In this document: piece after piece, positions 30,466 to 39,337 of the stretch
Layout of the letters: every line of letters starts with the position of its first letter
Position numbering within the stretch: the stretch's first letter is position 1
Origin: a bacterium
Lineage (GTDB): Bacteria; SAR324; XYD2-FULL-50-16; G965216635
Reading direction: 5' to 3'
DNA length: 64,000 bases
Assembly (NCBI GenBank): GCA_965216635.1
Contig: OZ244188.1
Coordinates: 1,440,001 to 1,504,000 of the forward strand
Made by a program: the position numbers and the translations under genes
Notes under the pieces: generated by a model
Database searches by the model: none
Told to the model about the DNA's origin: nothing
What the model saw: the letters and a program-made list of their open reading frames with translations, nothing else

Positions 30466-31443
30466 TTTTGGTGTTTGTGGAGGAAGAGGATTTTGTTGTA
30501 GCACAACCTGTTGCTTAGATTTTATCCATCTGTTTTGATCACTAATAATAAATTTAAAAACAGGAGTACTTTCAAACATTATTGTCATAATATGGTAGGC
30601 TTCTAAAACAGCTTCTTGTAAGTTTTGATTATCTTCTAAAGGAGACACTGTTAACCCCAATTCTTCTAATTTTTTTATACTAATCCTCTGCCCGTGCATA
30701 TGGATTGTGCCAAATTTAGTTTTTTCTGCATTAAAGTATTTTGCAATATTTCCAATTTTCTCTTTTCTTTCCTTTTCTCCAACTTCTTTAAACATTCTTT
30801 TATTGAGCCAGCCCACAACCAAACTTTTACTATACTTTAAGGCTTTTTCTGCTTCTATAATGAGCGAAGGTCCCATTTGTTGTAAAATAGGAGCCCACAA
30901 ATGTCCTAATTTGGTATTACTTTCAATATCTTTTTTTGCGTTTGCAAAACCTTCTTTGATTGCTCTAGCAGAATGATTTTTTCCTACTCCAATAAACTGA
31001 GGATCTATAGGTCCCAGTTGGCTCTGCTTACCTAGTATTAAAGAATCACTAGCCAAACTAATCATTGCACCACCTGACATTGCAAAATAAGGAACAATGA
31101 CTGTTATATTCTCAAATTTAGAATGTAAATAGTCTACAATAGTTTCTACAGCATTAATATTTCCACCAGGTGTGTGAAGAATTAAAACAAGATTTTTGTT
31201 TTTTGACGAAGTACCCTTTTGAGGGTTATAGAGAGCATTCATAAATCCATTGACATCCTCTGAATCAATACTCACTTCTGGTATGTTTTTTTTCTGCAGA
31301 AAAGCTGAAGCATAAAAAATAACATCCGCATTTTTAAAATTTTCTAATATCTTGTTTAACTTTTTTTCTAAATTACCAAAAATCCATTTGGATTTATCTT
31401 TAGCTTGCTGAAAGTCGTTTAATAACTCACTCCACGATGCCAT
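30460..31443 (-). CDS. ClpP-class serine protease, SDH_sah family
   Basis: LILHTPGG, VIVPYFAMSGGAMI, LGPIDPQ, HGQRI. Confidence 0.85.
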   Translation of the reverse strand: MASWSELLNDFQQAKDKSKWIFGNLEKKLNKILENFKNADVIFYASAFLQKKNIPEVSIDSEDVNGFMNALYNPQKGTSSKNKNLVLILHTPGGNINAVETIVDYLHSKFENITVIVPYFAMSGGAMISLASDSLILGKQSQLGPIDPQFIGVGKNHSARAIKEGFANAKKDIESNTKLGHLWAPILQQMGPSLIIEAEKALKYSKSLVVGWLNKRMFKEVGEKERKEKIGNIAKYFNAEKTKFGTIHMHGQRISIKKLEELGLTVSPLEDNQNLQEAVLEAYHIMTIMFESTPVFKFIISDQNRWIKSKQQVVLQQNPLPPQTPKS

Positions 31444-31627
31444 CTTTTAAAATTTTAGTTGTTGTTATTACAGGATAATCATAAGCACCTGCAGAATTTA
31501 TTTCTTCTTTGTTTTGAGCAGTAGGGAGGTCATAAAGCCCGCTAACCTCTATGTATTCCTGATACTGCTTTTTTACTCTTTCTAGTGTTTTTAGATAATC
31601 CTCTTTAACATTATATTTTTTTTTCAT
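31427..31627 (-). CDS. Small hypothetical protein coupled to the protease gene
   Basis: 66-aa ATG ORF overlapping the protease start. Confidence 0.55.
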   Translation of the reverse strand: MKKKYNVKEDYLKTLERVKKQYQEYIEVSGLYDLPTAQNKEEINSAGAYDYPVITTTKILKDGIVE

Positions 31628-31708
31628 TTTATTATTGTTGGTTAGTTAAGAATTAGCAAATAGGGTTCATTTTATCATAAAAAAAAAAATTATTACAATA
31701 AAAAAAAG

Positions 31709-32038
31709 CTAATTCAGTAAATATTTTAATAGCTCAAAAACCAAAATTCCAGCAACAACAGTGATTAAAAGATTTCTTGTAATTAAACCTATGAGTATAG
31801 TAATCACTCCCGCCCAAGTGTGAACGTCACTAAAATGCGGTAGCCATTTGCCATCGGCAAGTAAAATTTCCTTGAAAAACAAAGCAGAAATCACAACTGC
31901 TGGAACCTGTTTTAACCAAATTTTTGTTTTTTTAGATAACCTGACTTTTTCTGCAAAAATTAAAGGCAACACCCTAGGAACAATTGTCACTAGCATACAG
32001 CCGAGTATTAAAAGCAAAATTTCAATTCTTAAGCTCAT
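31709..32038 (-). CDS. azlD: AzlD family membrane protein
   Basis: VTIVPRVLPL...VPAVVISAL...RNLLITVVAG; follows azlC. Confidence 0.85.
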   Translation of the reverse strand: MSLRIEILLLILGCMLVTIVPRVLPLIFAEKVRLSKKTKIWLKQVPAVVISALFFKEILLADGKWLPHFSDVHTWAGVITILIGLITRNLLITVVAGILVFELLKYLLN

Positions 32039-32726
32039 CTTTTTTTTGTAAAACTCCTTCTAAAAACATACCCACAGTAGCCACTACAACCGTAGTAATT
32101 ACAATATTCGCTGGATTAGGTAGAAGAACTTCTAAAGTAACCATCACAACAGCTGCTAAAATAATCACTGTAAATAATGGAAAAAGTTTTTTTGCATTGA
32201 CGAACTGTATTGTCAGCAGACCAGCAAACATTGCTGCAAAACCAAATTCTACTCCAAAAATATTAGAGCTTTCTACACTGCTTCCAATCCAAGCTCCTGT
32301 TGTGTTTCCCAAAACCCAAGAAAGATAAGAGCTTATATTTAAACCAAACATCCAGTATGGCTTTTCTAAAGGAGATCTTAAAAGACTGGTAGCAAAGCTA
32401 AAAGTTTCATCTGTAAGTTGAGCTCCTATAAAAAATCTGGATTTTCTGGATAGTCTACGGACAAAAGGCAAGAGCGCCATAGAATAAAGAAAATGGCGTA
32501 GGTTGAGTAAAAAGATGGTAAATATCAAAACTGCAGCGGATCCTGTATAAAGCGGAGCAAAGACGAATTGTGCAGATCCTGCAAAAACAAGTAAGGATAA
32601 TAGAGCAACTTCTAAAACAGATAAACCTGCATGAGAGGCCAATGCTCCTGCTGCAAATCCTATAAAAAAATACCCAAAAATAATGGGAAGAGCTGCGACT
32701 ACTCCTTTAAAAAAAGATTTAAACAC
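32022..32726 (-). CDS. azlC: AzlC family branched-chain amino acid exporter
   Basis: VFAGSAQF, LNLRHFLYS, LTDETF, SWVLG. Confidence 0.92.
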   Translation of the reverse strand: MFKSFFKGVVAALPIIFGYFFIGFAAGALASHAGLSVLEVALLSLLVFAGSAQFVFAPLYTGSAAVLIFTIFLLNLRHFLYSMALLPFVRRLSRKSRFFIGAQLTDETFSFATSLLRSPLEKPYWMFGLNISSYLSWVLGNTTGAWIGSSVESSNIFGVEFGFAAMFAGLLTIQFVNAKKLFPLFTVIILAAVVMVTLEVLLPNPANIVITTVVVATVGMFLEGVLQKKDELKN

Positions 32727-32788
32727 TTAAAGATTTCAAAAAAATAAAGCTATTTGCAAAATGAAATTTTTTGAATATTTTGATAGAC

Positions 32789-33364
32789 TTAGTTCTCTTT
32801 TGATTCAGAAGGCAAGGGGACCTGGTTGTATTTGATGTATTTTTCTTTTTGCTTGCCTATAACATCTTCATCTAAGTTTTCATCCATTAGTAAATCTCGT
32901 ACAAAATCAAACTGCGAGCGATGATTGTGAGTCATACTAATAACGCCCGTATCCATTCTAATCGCATCTTTGGGGCAGGCTTCTACACAAAGTCCACAAA
33001 AGATACATCGTAATTCGTCTATATTAAAAACTTTGGGATATTTTTCTACAGATTTATCAAAAATTTCTGCAGATTCAATATGAATACAATTAGCGGGGCA
33101 AACCGTCTCGCACATATAACAGGCAACGCATTTAATAAATCCATTTTCGTGTCTAGTCAATCGGTGTCTACCCCGCCAGCGAGGGGCTATTTCTCTTTTT
33201 TCTTCAGGATAATTAATAGTAACCGTTTTTTTAGAGCCAAACAAATTGGAGTCAGATAAATTTGCAAAAAAATGCCGTAAGGTCAGCTTTAGCCCTATAA
33301 AAATGTCTATAAGGTAAAATTTATGCCACCATTTTTCTTGGGGACGAACGTGGATTATTTTCAT
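32789..33364 (-). CDS. nuoI: NADH-quinone oxidoreductase subunit I
   Basis: TINYPEE, CVACYMCETVCP, CIFCGLCVEACP. Confidence 0.95.
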   Translation of the reverse strand: MKIIHVRPQEKWWHKFYLIDIFIGLKLTLRHFFANLSDSNLFGSKKTVTINYPEEKREIAPRWRGRHRLTRHENGFIKCVACYMCETVCPANCIHIESAEIFDKSVEKYPKVFNIDELRCIFCGLCVEACPKDAIRMDTGVISMTHNHRSQFDFVRDLLMDENLDEDVIGKQKEKYIKYNQVPLPSESKEN

Positions 33365-33379
33365 TTTTTTAAAGTAAAC

Positions 33380-33663
33380 TAGACTCTTGAATTTCGCTGA
33401 TGTGACGGCTAGCCAAATAGTTAGAACAGGTGCGAAAAAAAATTTTTAGCTCGCAGGAATATCGTAGTGCCATAATAATAGGATCAGGCACTACAAAACT
33501 TGCATAATTCCAAAAAGAAATGTAAAAGAGCCAGTGGCTCTTTTACTATAACCCTTATGAAATAGATAGCAGTAAGAGAGTATTTCAAGAGTTAAAAATT
33601 TTTTTCAACGCTGCATAGGCAAAACAGCTAGTTTTGTCCTATTTTGGCAAATTCAAAAGCCTA
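33380..33663. mobile_element. Palindromic MITE-like repeat, copy 6 (composite); right end overlaps the nuoH stop
   Basis: TAGACTCTTGAATTTCGC...GGCAAATTCAAAAGCCTA with nested GTAGTGCC..GGCACTAC and GTAAAAGAGCC..GGCTCTTTTAC hairpins. Confidence 0.85.
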
Positions 33664-34747
33664 GTAAAATAATAAAAGCAGTTATAATAACATTCAACAA
33701 AGCCAGTGGAAGCATTTTTTTCCAACCCAAAGTCATAATTTGATCAAAACGAAATCTAGGCAGAGTCCACCGCAACATCAACTGCAACCAACAGAAAAAA
33801 AAAACTTTAGAAAAAAAAGTAAGAATTTGTAAAACACAAACAAGCCATACAGGAATCGGAATAAATAAGAGATTACCAAAATGAAAGCCATCTTGCAATA
33901 GCCAAGGCAGATGATAAGAGCCCAAAAATAGGGTGGTCATCAAACAACCAACCCCTACAACAGCTACATATTCTGCAAGAAAAAAAGAAGCAAATCTCAT
34001 CCCCGAGTATTCTACAAAATAGCCTATAATTTCAGATTCTCCTTCTGGTGCATCAAAAGGGGCTCTTTTGGTTTCTGCAATCATTGCAATGAAAAAAAGA
34101 AAAAAGGCTAAAGGTTGTGTAAAAACACCCCATTGAGGAATCCAACCATAAAGCCAGTATTGATTCTGTCCAGCCACTATATCACTAATTCTCAAAGAAT
34201 CGTGAACTAGAAAAATTCCAACCAAAGAAAGTCCCAAAAATATCTCATATGAAATAAATTGAGCGGAAGCACGTACAGAGCCTAATAAGCCGTACTTATT
34301 ATCAGTAGACCAACCGCCGAAAACTGTGCCGTAGACTCCAAGCGAAGTAAAAGCAAATAAAGCAAGCATACCAACATTAACGTCTGTGACTTGAAAATAA
34401 AAATTTCCAATGGGAGCTGCTATTGGAATAAGAGCAAAAACAGAGAAGACTGAGATAAAACTAAAAAAAGGAGCTATTGAAAATAAAAATTTATTAGTTT
34501 TTTGAGTGACCGAATCTTCTTTAAACATCAATTTCACGGCATCCGCTATCACATGGAAAACTCCTTTGAATTTCAATTTCCCAATATTTGCGCGATTAGG
34601 ACCCACTCTATCTTGGATTAAAGCACTCCATTTTCTTTCAAAATAAGTCAAAAGAGCGGCAAGAGGCATCGCAAATAAAAAAATAAGGACGATGATCTTA
34701 ATCAAACTCAAAAGCCATCCTGTTTGCAATAATTCTACAGTATTCAT
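33653..34747 (-). CDS. nuoH: NADH-quinone oxidoreductase subunit H
   Basis: ERK...QDRVGPN, ADAVKLMFKED, AQFISYE, AETKRAPFDAPEGESE, PRFRFDQ. Confidence 0.97.
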   Translation of the reverse strand: MNTVELLQTGWLLSLIKIIVLIFLFAMPLAALLTYFERKWSALIQDRVGPNRANIGKLKFKGVFHVIADAVKLMFKEDSVTQKTNKFLFSIAPFFSFISVFSVFALIPIAAPIGNFYFQVTDVNVGMLALFAFTSLGVYGTVFGGWSTDNKYGLLGSVRASAQFISYEIFLGLSLVGIFLVHDSLRISDIVAGQNQYWLYGWIPQWGVFTQPLAFFLFFIAMIAETKRAPFDAPEGESEIIGYFVEYSGMRFASFFLAEYVAVVGVGCLMTTLFLGSYHLPWLLQDGFHFGNLLFIPIPVWLVCVLQILTFFSKVFFFCWLQLMLRWTLPRFRFDQIMTLGWKKMLPLALLNVIITAFIILLGF

Positions 34748-34830
34748 AAGTATTTTCTTAGCTATACTTATACTAGCTTATAATTTTTTAAAAATAAACT
34801 ATTTTTGGAATAGGTATTATGGTAGGATAA

Positions 34831-35014
34831 AAAAAAAATTAGTGCAAGCTCTACGAAAGATACTTATCTCAATTTTTTTGGTTGCGGGCTATATTTAAAA
34901 GCACTCCAACAAAAGCTAAAAAAAAAAATTAGTGCAAGCTCTACGAAAGATACTTATCTCAATTTTTTTGGTTGCGGGCTATATTTAAAAGCACTCCAAC
35001 AAAAGCTAAAAAAA
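34831..35014 (+). repeat. 90-bp tandem duplication including the ftsW 3' end
   Basis: AAAAAAAATTAGTGCAAGCTC...CAAAAGCTAAA identical at 34831 and 34921. Confidence 0.95.
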
Positions 35015-36083
35015 CAACTAGTGAACTTCCTCCATAGCTAATGAAAGGCAAACCAATACCTTTAGTAGGCACCAAACCCAAAACTACGAGCAGGTTAATC
35101 ACGGTCTGTAACATAATAAGAACAGTAATACCAAAAGCCAAGTTGCGTCCGAATGGTTGCTCGCATTTTTTAGCAATTTGAAAACCTGTATGCATCAGCC
35201 ACAAAAATAAACCTGAGACTAGTAAAATTCCCCAGATACCTGTCTCCTCTGCTAAGACTGCAAAAATAAATTCTGTATGAGCTTGCGGTAAAAAATATTC
35301 TTTCTGTAAAGAATTCCCTAATCCTCTTCCTAAAATTCCGCCACCCCCATAAGCAATCAATGAATTGACTAGCTGGTATCCGCTTTCTAAACGATTTTCC
35401 CAAGGAGATAAAAACCCGAGAATCCTTTTCATACGGTAGGCATTTGTAAAAATGAGTATAGCTCCTAGCAAAGCGCCGCACAAAGAAACCGCTAATAAAT
35501 AAATAAAACGAGCTCCAGCGATATAGCACATCAAAATAGTACATCCTAAAATCAGCACAAGAGAGCCAAAATCAGGTTGTAAAAGCAGTAGTACCGCAAA
35601 AAAGCTAAAAACGACGGAGATTGGCAGTAGACTATGAGAAAAAAACTGAAGTTCATTTTCTTTTCTAGCCAAAAAATCTGCCACCCAAACAATAAAGGCA
35701 AATTTAAAAATTTCTACTGGTTGGATACCTATAAAACCAATCCTAATCCACCTCCTAGCTCCATAAACCTCACTACCTATAGCTGGAAATAAAACCAATA
35801 CTAGCAACAGAGCGGAGAAAAAAAGTAGCGGGTAAGCAAGTTTTTTCCAGAAAGAATGGCGAATAACCGAAATCATCATCATCAAAACAAAACCAAAACC
35901 AGCAAAAAGTAACTGCTGGAAAAAAAAACGGTACGGGTCTCCGAAATATCTTTCGGAATAAAAAATACTGGCAGAATAAACAAAAAGCAAACCCAAAAGA
36001 AGCAAAGAAGAAATAATACAAAGAATCCTTGTATAGTCACTCAAAAGGATTCTACTACTCCAAAAGTTTATTATTGCGTTCAT
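34959..36083 (-). CDS. ftsW: SEDS peptidoglycan glycosyltransferase FtsW
   Basis: GARRW, QPVE, QPDFG, GYQL, LPQAHTEF, PTKGIGLPFISYGGSS. Confidence 0.92.
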   Translation of the reverse strand: MNAIINFWSSRILLSDYTRILCIISSLLLLGLLFVYSASIFYSERYFGDPYRFFFQQLLFAGFGFVLMMMISVIRHSFWKKLAYPLLFFSALLLVLVLFPAIGSEVYGARRWIRIGFIGIQPVEIFKFAFIVWVADFLARKENELQFFSHSLLPISVVFSFFAVLLLLQPDFGSLVLILGCTILMCYIAGARFIYLLAVSLCGALLGAILIFTNAYRMKRILGFLSPWENRLESGYQLVNSLIAYGGGGILGRGLGNSLQKEYFLPQAHTEFIFAVLAEETGIWGILLVSGLFLWLMHTGFQIAKKCEQPFGRNLAFGITVLIMLQTVINLLVVLGLVPTKGIGLPFISYGGSSLVVFLAFVGVLLNIARNQKN

Positions 36084-36240
36084 TGGTTTTATTGTTTGAT
36101 TTCTTAGATAAGCAAAAACAAGCCCAGTCCGTGTAAAATAGTTCTGCTTGTGTTTATTTTTCCGAGAATGTTGAATTAGGCAGTTTTTGGGTGCCTTTCA
36201 TTACAGGTAGGCGGGAATGTGTGGACGCAGTTTTTTTTTC

Positions 36241-37557
36241 TTAAAAACTCAAGTGGAAGGAGATGCTGATGACGAGGGGTGCTTTGAGCTCGGCAGCGGT
36301 CTCGGTGGTTGTTTCTATTGTTCCTTCTGTGGTTGTGGTTGTAGTGCCAGTCTCAATAGTTTCCTCTACAGTAACGGTTCTGCTTCCAACTTGGGTTGCT
36401 TCTGTTCTCCTATCACTCGGTTTGTAGCTTATGTTTATGGTTTTAGTTCTATCAGAATTGTCAGAAGTAATATAGGTACCAAGCACTACGGTTACTCCTT
36501 TTATTTGCGGCTGTTCATAGGTCAAGGTGTTTCTTGTAGTCTCGGCAGGATTGAAAATATCCTCGGGGGTATAGGAAGCAGTCGTCGGAGCTGTGCTACT
36601 TTTTAGAGAAACCCCCGAGATATACTTCGTCAAGCCAAAATTAAGCGATAGGTTGGAGGTTAATTTCTGCTTATAGCCGACTTGCAACACTGGACTTGTG
36701 GCAGAGCCGCTAGCAGAACCATTGGTAAGCGTCATACTCGCTAGACCGCCTCCTACAAAAAAATCCTCGTTTACAAAATAATCCGCCATAACTACTGTAT
36801 TGGCGAGCTCGTTAGCTCCCCCTTTGCCAGTAAAGTGCGTAAAGGAGGCTCTCCATTTTTCCCACCTAAAGCCAAATTGCAGACCAATACCAGAAAGTTT
36901 ATCGCTCTTGTTGGTTGTTGGTGTTGTTGATACGTCTGTGTCTGTTGTTGTTGATATTATTGAACCCTGCACTGTATTATCTACAGGCAATGTATAATCA
37001 GCAAAAGAAGCCTCAGTAGGGGCAAAATCAGTAGACTCATCAAAGTATCTTGAACATATATTATTATCCCATCCAACACCTTCATTGTTATTGGGGCTAT
37101 CTACCGAAGCTCTTGAGCCTACATCAAAGTAAATTATGTTGTTGCTGTTTTCTGAAAAAGAATAGGTTTTACCGTTTGCATTAATGGTTGTTGCTCCTGT
37201 TTCACAGTTTGCTGATATAAAAGCTTCTATTACAGCTTTCACATCAGGAGTAGCATTATAGACAGAAGCAGCTGTTGCTTTTATGCTAGTGGTGATAGCT
37301 GATTCAATAAATTCATAGGATGTTCTGGTAGCATCAAAAATATTAATATTAGCATTAGTGACTCTAGTGGTTTTGCTGCTGCTATCTACTTTAAAACCAT
37401 TTAGATAGACAATACCAACGAAAAATCCCTGTTTGCTGCTCTGACCATTTGGGCTACCATTCGCTTGGGCTTGCAGATTGCTTTGACTTGCGTAAAAAAA
37501 GAAAAAAGCCGTTATAAATATTATAAGGGGCAGTATAAACAGTTTTAATACTTTCAT
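36241..37557 (-). CDS. Predicted outer-membrane beta-barrel protein with two large variable extensions, paralog 2
   Basis: Classical signal peptide; shared blocks GFFVGIVYLNGFKVD, SGIGLQFGFRWEKWRAS, ELKAPLVISISFHLSF. Confidence 0.75.
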   Translation of the reverse strand: MKVLKLFILPLIIFITAFFFFYASQSNLQAQANGSPNGQSSKQGFFVGIVYLNGFKVDSSSKTTRVTNANINIFDATRTSYEFIESAITTSIKATAASVYNATPDVKAVIEAFISANCETGATTINANGKTYSFSENSNNIIYFDVGSRASVDSPNNNEGVGWDNNICSRYFDESTDFAPTEASFADYTLPVDNTVQGSIISTTTDTDVSTTPTTNKSDKLSGIGLQFGFRWEKWRASFTHFTGKGGANELANTVVMADYFVNEDFFVGGGLASMTLTNGSASGSATSPVLQVGYKQKLTSNLSLNFGLTKYISGVSLKSSTAPTTASYTPEDIFNPAETTRNTLTYEQPQIKGVTVVLGTYITSDNSDRTKTINISYKPSDRRTEATQVGSRTVTVEETIETGTTTTTTEGTIETTTETAAELKAPLVISISFHLSF

Positions 37558-37667
37558 AGTATTTTAGATAATTGAATTTAAGTAAAACTTCATAAAGATT
37601 AACAGAAAAAAACAATAATAGCAAACTATTGGTTGTTGGCAGTTTTTTTCTCTTTTACAGATTTTTC

Positions 37668-39029
37668 TTAAAAACTCAAGTGGAAGGAAATGCTGATGAC
37701 GAGTGGTGCTTTGAGCTCGGCATCGGTCTCTGTGGTTGTTTCTATTGTTCCTTCTGTTGTGGTTGTAGTGCCAGTCTCAATAGTTTCTTCTATAGTAACG
37801 GTTCTGCTTCCAAATTGGGTTGCTTGGATTCTTTTATTGCCGAAGTTTAAGATTTCGATGTTATCATTAGGACCCTTAATTAAGGTACCAATCACTACTG
37901 ATCCTCCTTCTTTTGGCTGTTCAGGGGTCAAGCTGTTACTTGCAGTACCACCAGGATTTGAAATAGGGTTGGGTCTATAGGAAGTAGTTGTCGGAGCTGT
38001 GCTACTTTTTAGAGAAACCCCCGAAATATACTTCGTCAAGCCAAAATTAAGCGATAGGTTGGAGGTTAAGTTTCGCTTATAGCCGATCTGAATCGCGGGA
38101 CTTGTGGCAGAGGCGCTAGTAGAGCCATTGGTAAGCTTCATACTCGCTAGACCGCCTCCTACAAAAAAATCCTCGTTAAAAAAATAATCCGCCATTACCA
38201 ATGTATTGGCGAGCTCGTTAGCTCCACCTTTGCCAGTGAAGTGCGTAAAGGAGGCTCTCCATTTTTCCCACCTAAAGCCGAATTGCAGACCAATACCAGA
38301 AATTTTATCGCTCTTGCTGGTTGTTGGTGTTGTTGATACGTCTGTGTCTGCTGTTGTTGATATTATCGAACCTTGCTCTGTATTACCTACAGGCAATTTA
38401 TACTCAGCAAAATCATCAGCGGTTAAACTATTAGAAGAAAAGTGATTGAAACATGCCTTATTAGTCCAAACTAAGCCATTATTAAGTTGACTCAAGGTGC
38501 TACCTACCTGCTCTCTTGTGCCTACATCAAACGCATTCGGGTTAAGAATACTAAAAGAATAGATTCCATTGGCATCAGTGGTTGTTGCTCCTGTGTCACA
38601 GTTTGCTGCTATAAGAGCTTCTATTCCAGCTTTCCAATCAGGACTAGAATCATAGCGATTAGAAGGATAAAAATATACTTCGTAGCTATGGATGATATCT
38701 GAATAACCCATCAGATCATAGGATGTGCTGGTAGTGCCAGTAATATTAGTAGTAGAATCAGTGACTCTAGTGGTTTTAGTGCTACTATCCACCTTAAAAC
38801 CACTTAGATAGACAAAACCAGCGAAAAATCCTTGTTTGCTGCTGCTTTGAACCGCTTGGGCTTGCAGCTTGCTGCCTCCAAAAGTAAAGGCACTTCCTAT
38901 AAGAAGGGCGGGAATAAGAATAGCTACCAAAACGAAACGAACCAAAATAAAACGAACCAGAGTAAAACGAGCCAAAATAAAACGAACCGCGAAAGTTTTC
39001 CTTAAAACTTGGGAATTTATGTTTTTCAT
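37668..39029 (-). CDS. Predicted outer-membrane beta-barrel protein with two large variable extensions, paralog 3
   Basis: Start set at ATG 39029 (MKNINSQ) by homology with paralog 1; same conserved blocks. Confidence 0.75.
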   Translation of the reverse strand: MKNINSQVLRKTFAVRFILARFTLVRFILVRFVLVAILIPALLIGSAFTFGGSKLQAQAVQSSSKQGFFAGFVYLSGFKVDSSTKTTRVTDSTTNITGTTSTSYDLMGYSDIIHSYEVYFYPSNRYDSSPDWKAGIEALIAANCDTGATTTDANGIYSFSILNPNAFDVGTREQVGSTLSQLNNGLVWTNKACFNHFSSNSLTADDFAEYKLPVGNTEQGSIISTTADTDVSTTPTTSKSDKISGIGLQFGFRWEKWRASFTHFTGKGGANELANTLVMADYFFNEDFFVGGGLASMKLTNGSTSASATSPAIQIGYKRNLTSNLSLNFGLTKYISGVSLKSSTAPTTTSYRPNPISNPGGTASNSLTPEQPKEGGSVVIGTLIKGPNDNIEILNFGNKRIQATQFGSRTVTIEETIETGTTTTTEGTIETTTETDAELKAPLVISISFHLSF

Positions 39030-39337
39030 AATCGTGTAGATAATTAAATTTAGGTTAAATAACAAAACTTCATAAAGAATTGCAGAAAAAAAAAATCTTG
39101 TCAATATATTTTTTTGGCTATTGGCAGTTTTTTTCTATTTTACAAGTTTTTTTATATTAAAGTTACAGAAAAATCATTTTTTGTCAATATTCTATTGGCT
39201 ATTGGCAGTTTTTTTGTTGTTTTTTGCTGTCCGATAACTACTCTTAAAATACGACTTGCTAAAAAAATCATTTAGATGTATCTACTACCTAGTAGAGGGT
39301 ATTACCTCTATTTTTTAACCAAAACCTAAAAATAATT

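Noticed and set aside
36217..38702. Plus-strand Cys/Val-rich ORFs (36217-36606, 37629-37850, 37690-37980 and others)
   Set aside because: Antisense shadows of Thr-rich codons in the barrel genes; their similarity follows from the paralogy.
16601..39029. Diversity-generating retroelement acting on the barrel genes
   Set aside because: No reverse transcriptase seen, and the differences include indels and all base types rather than adenine-specific TR/VR mismatches.
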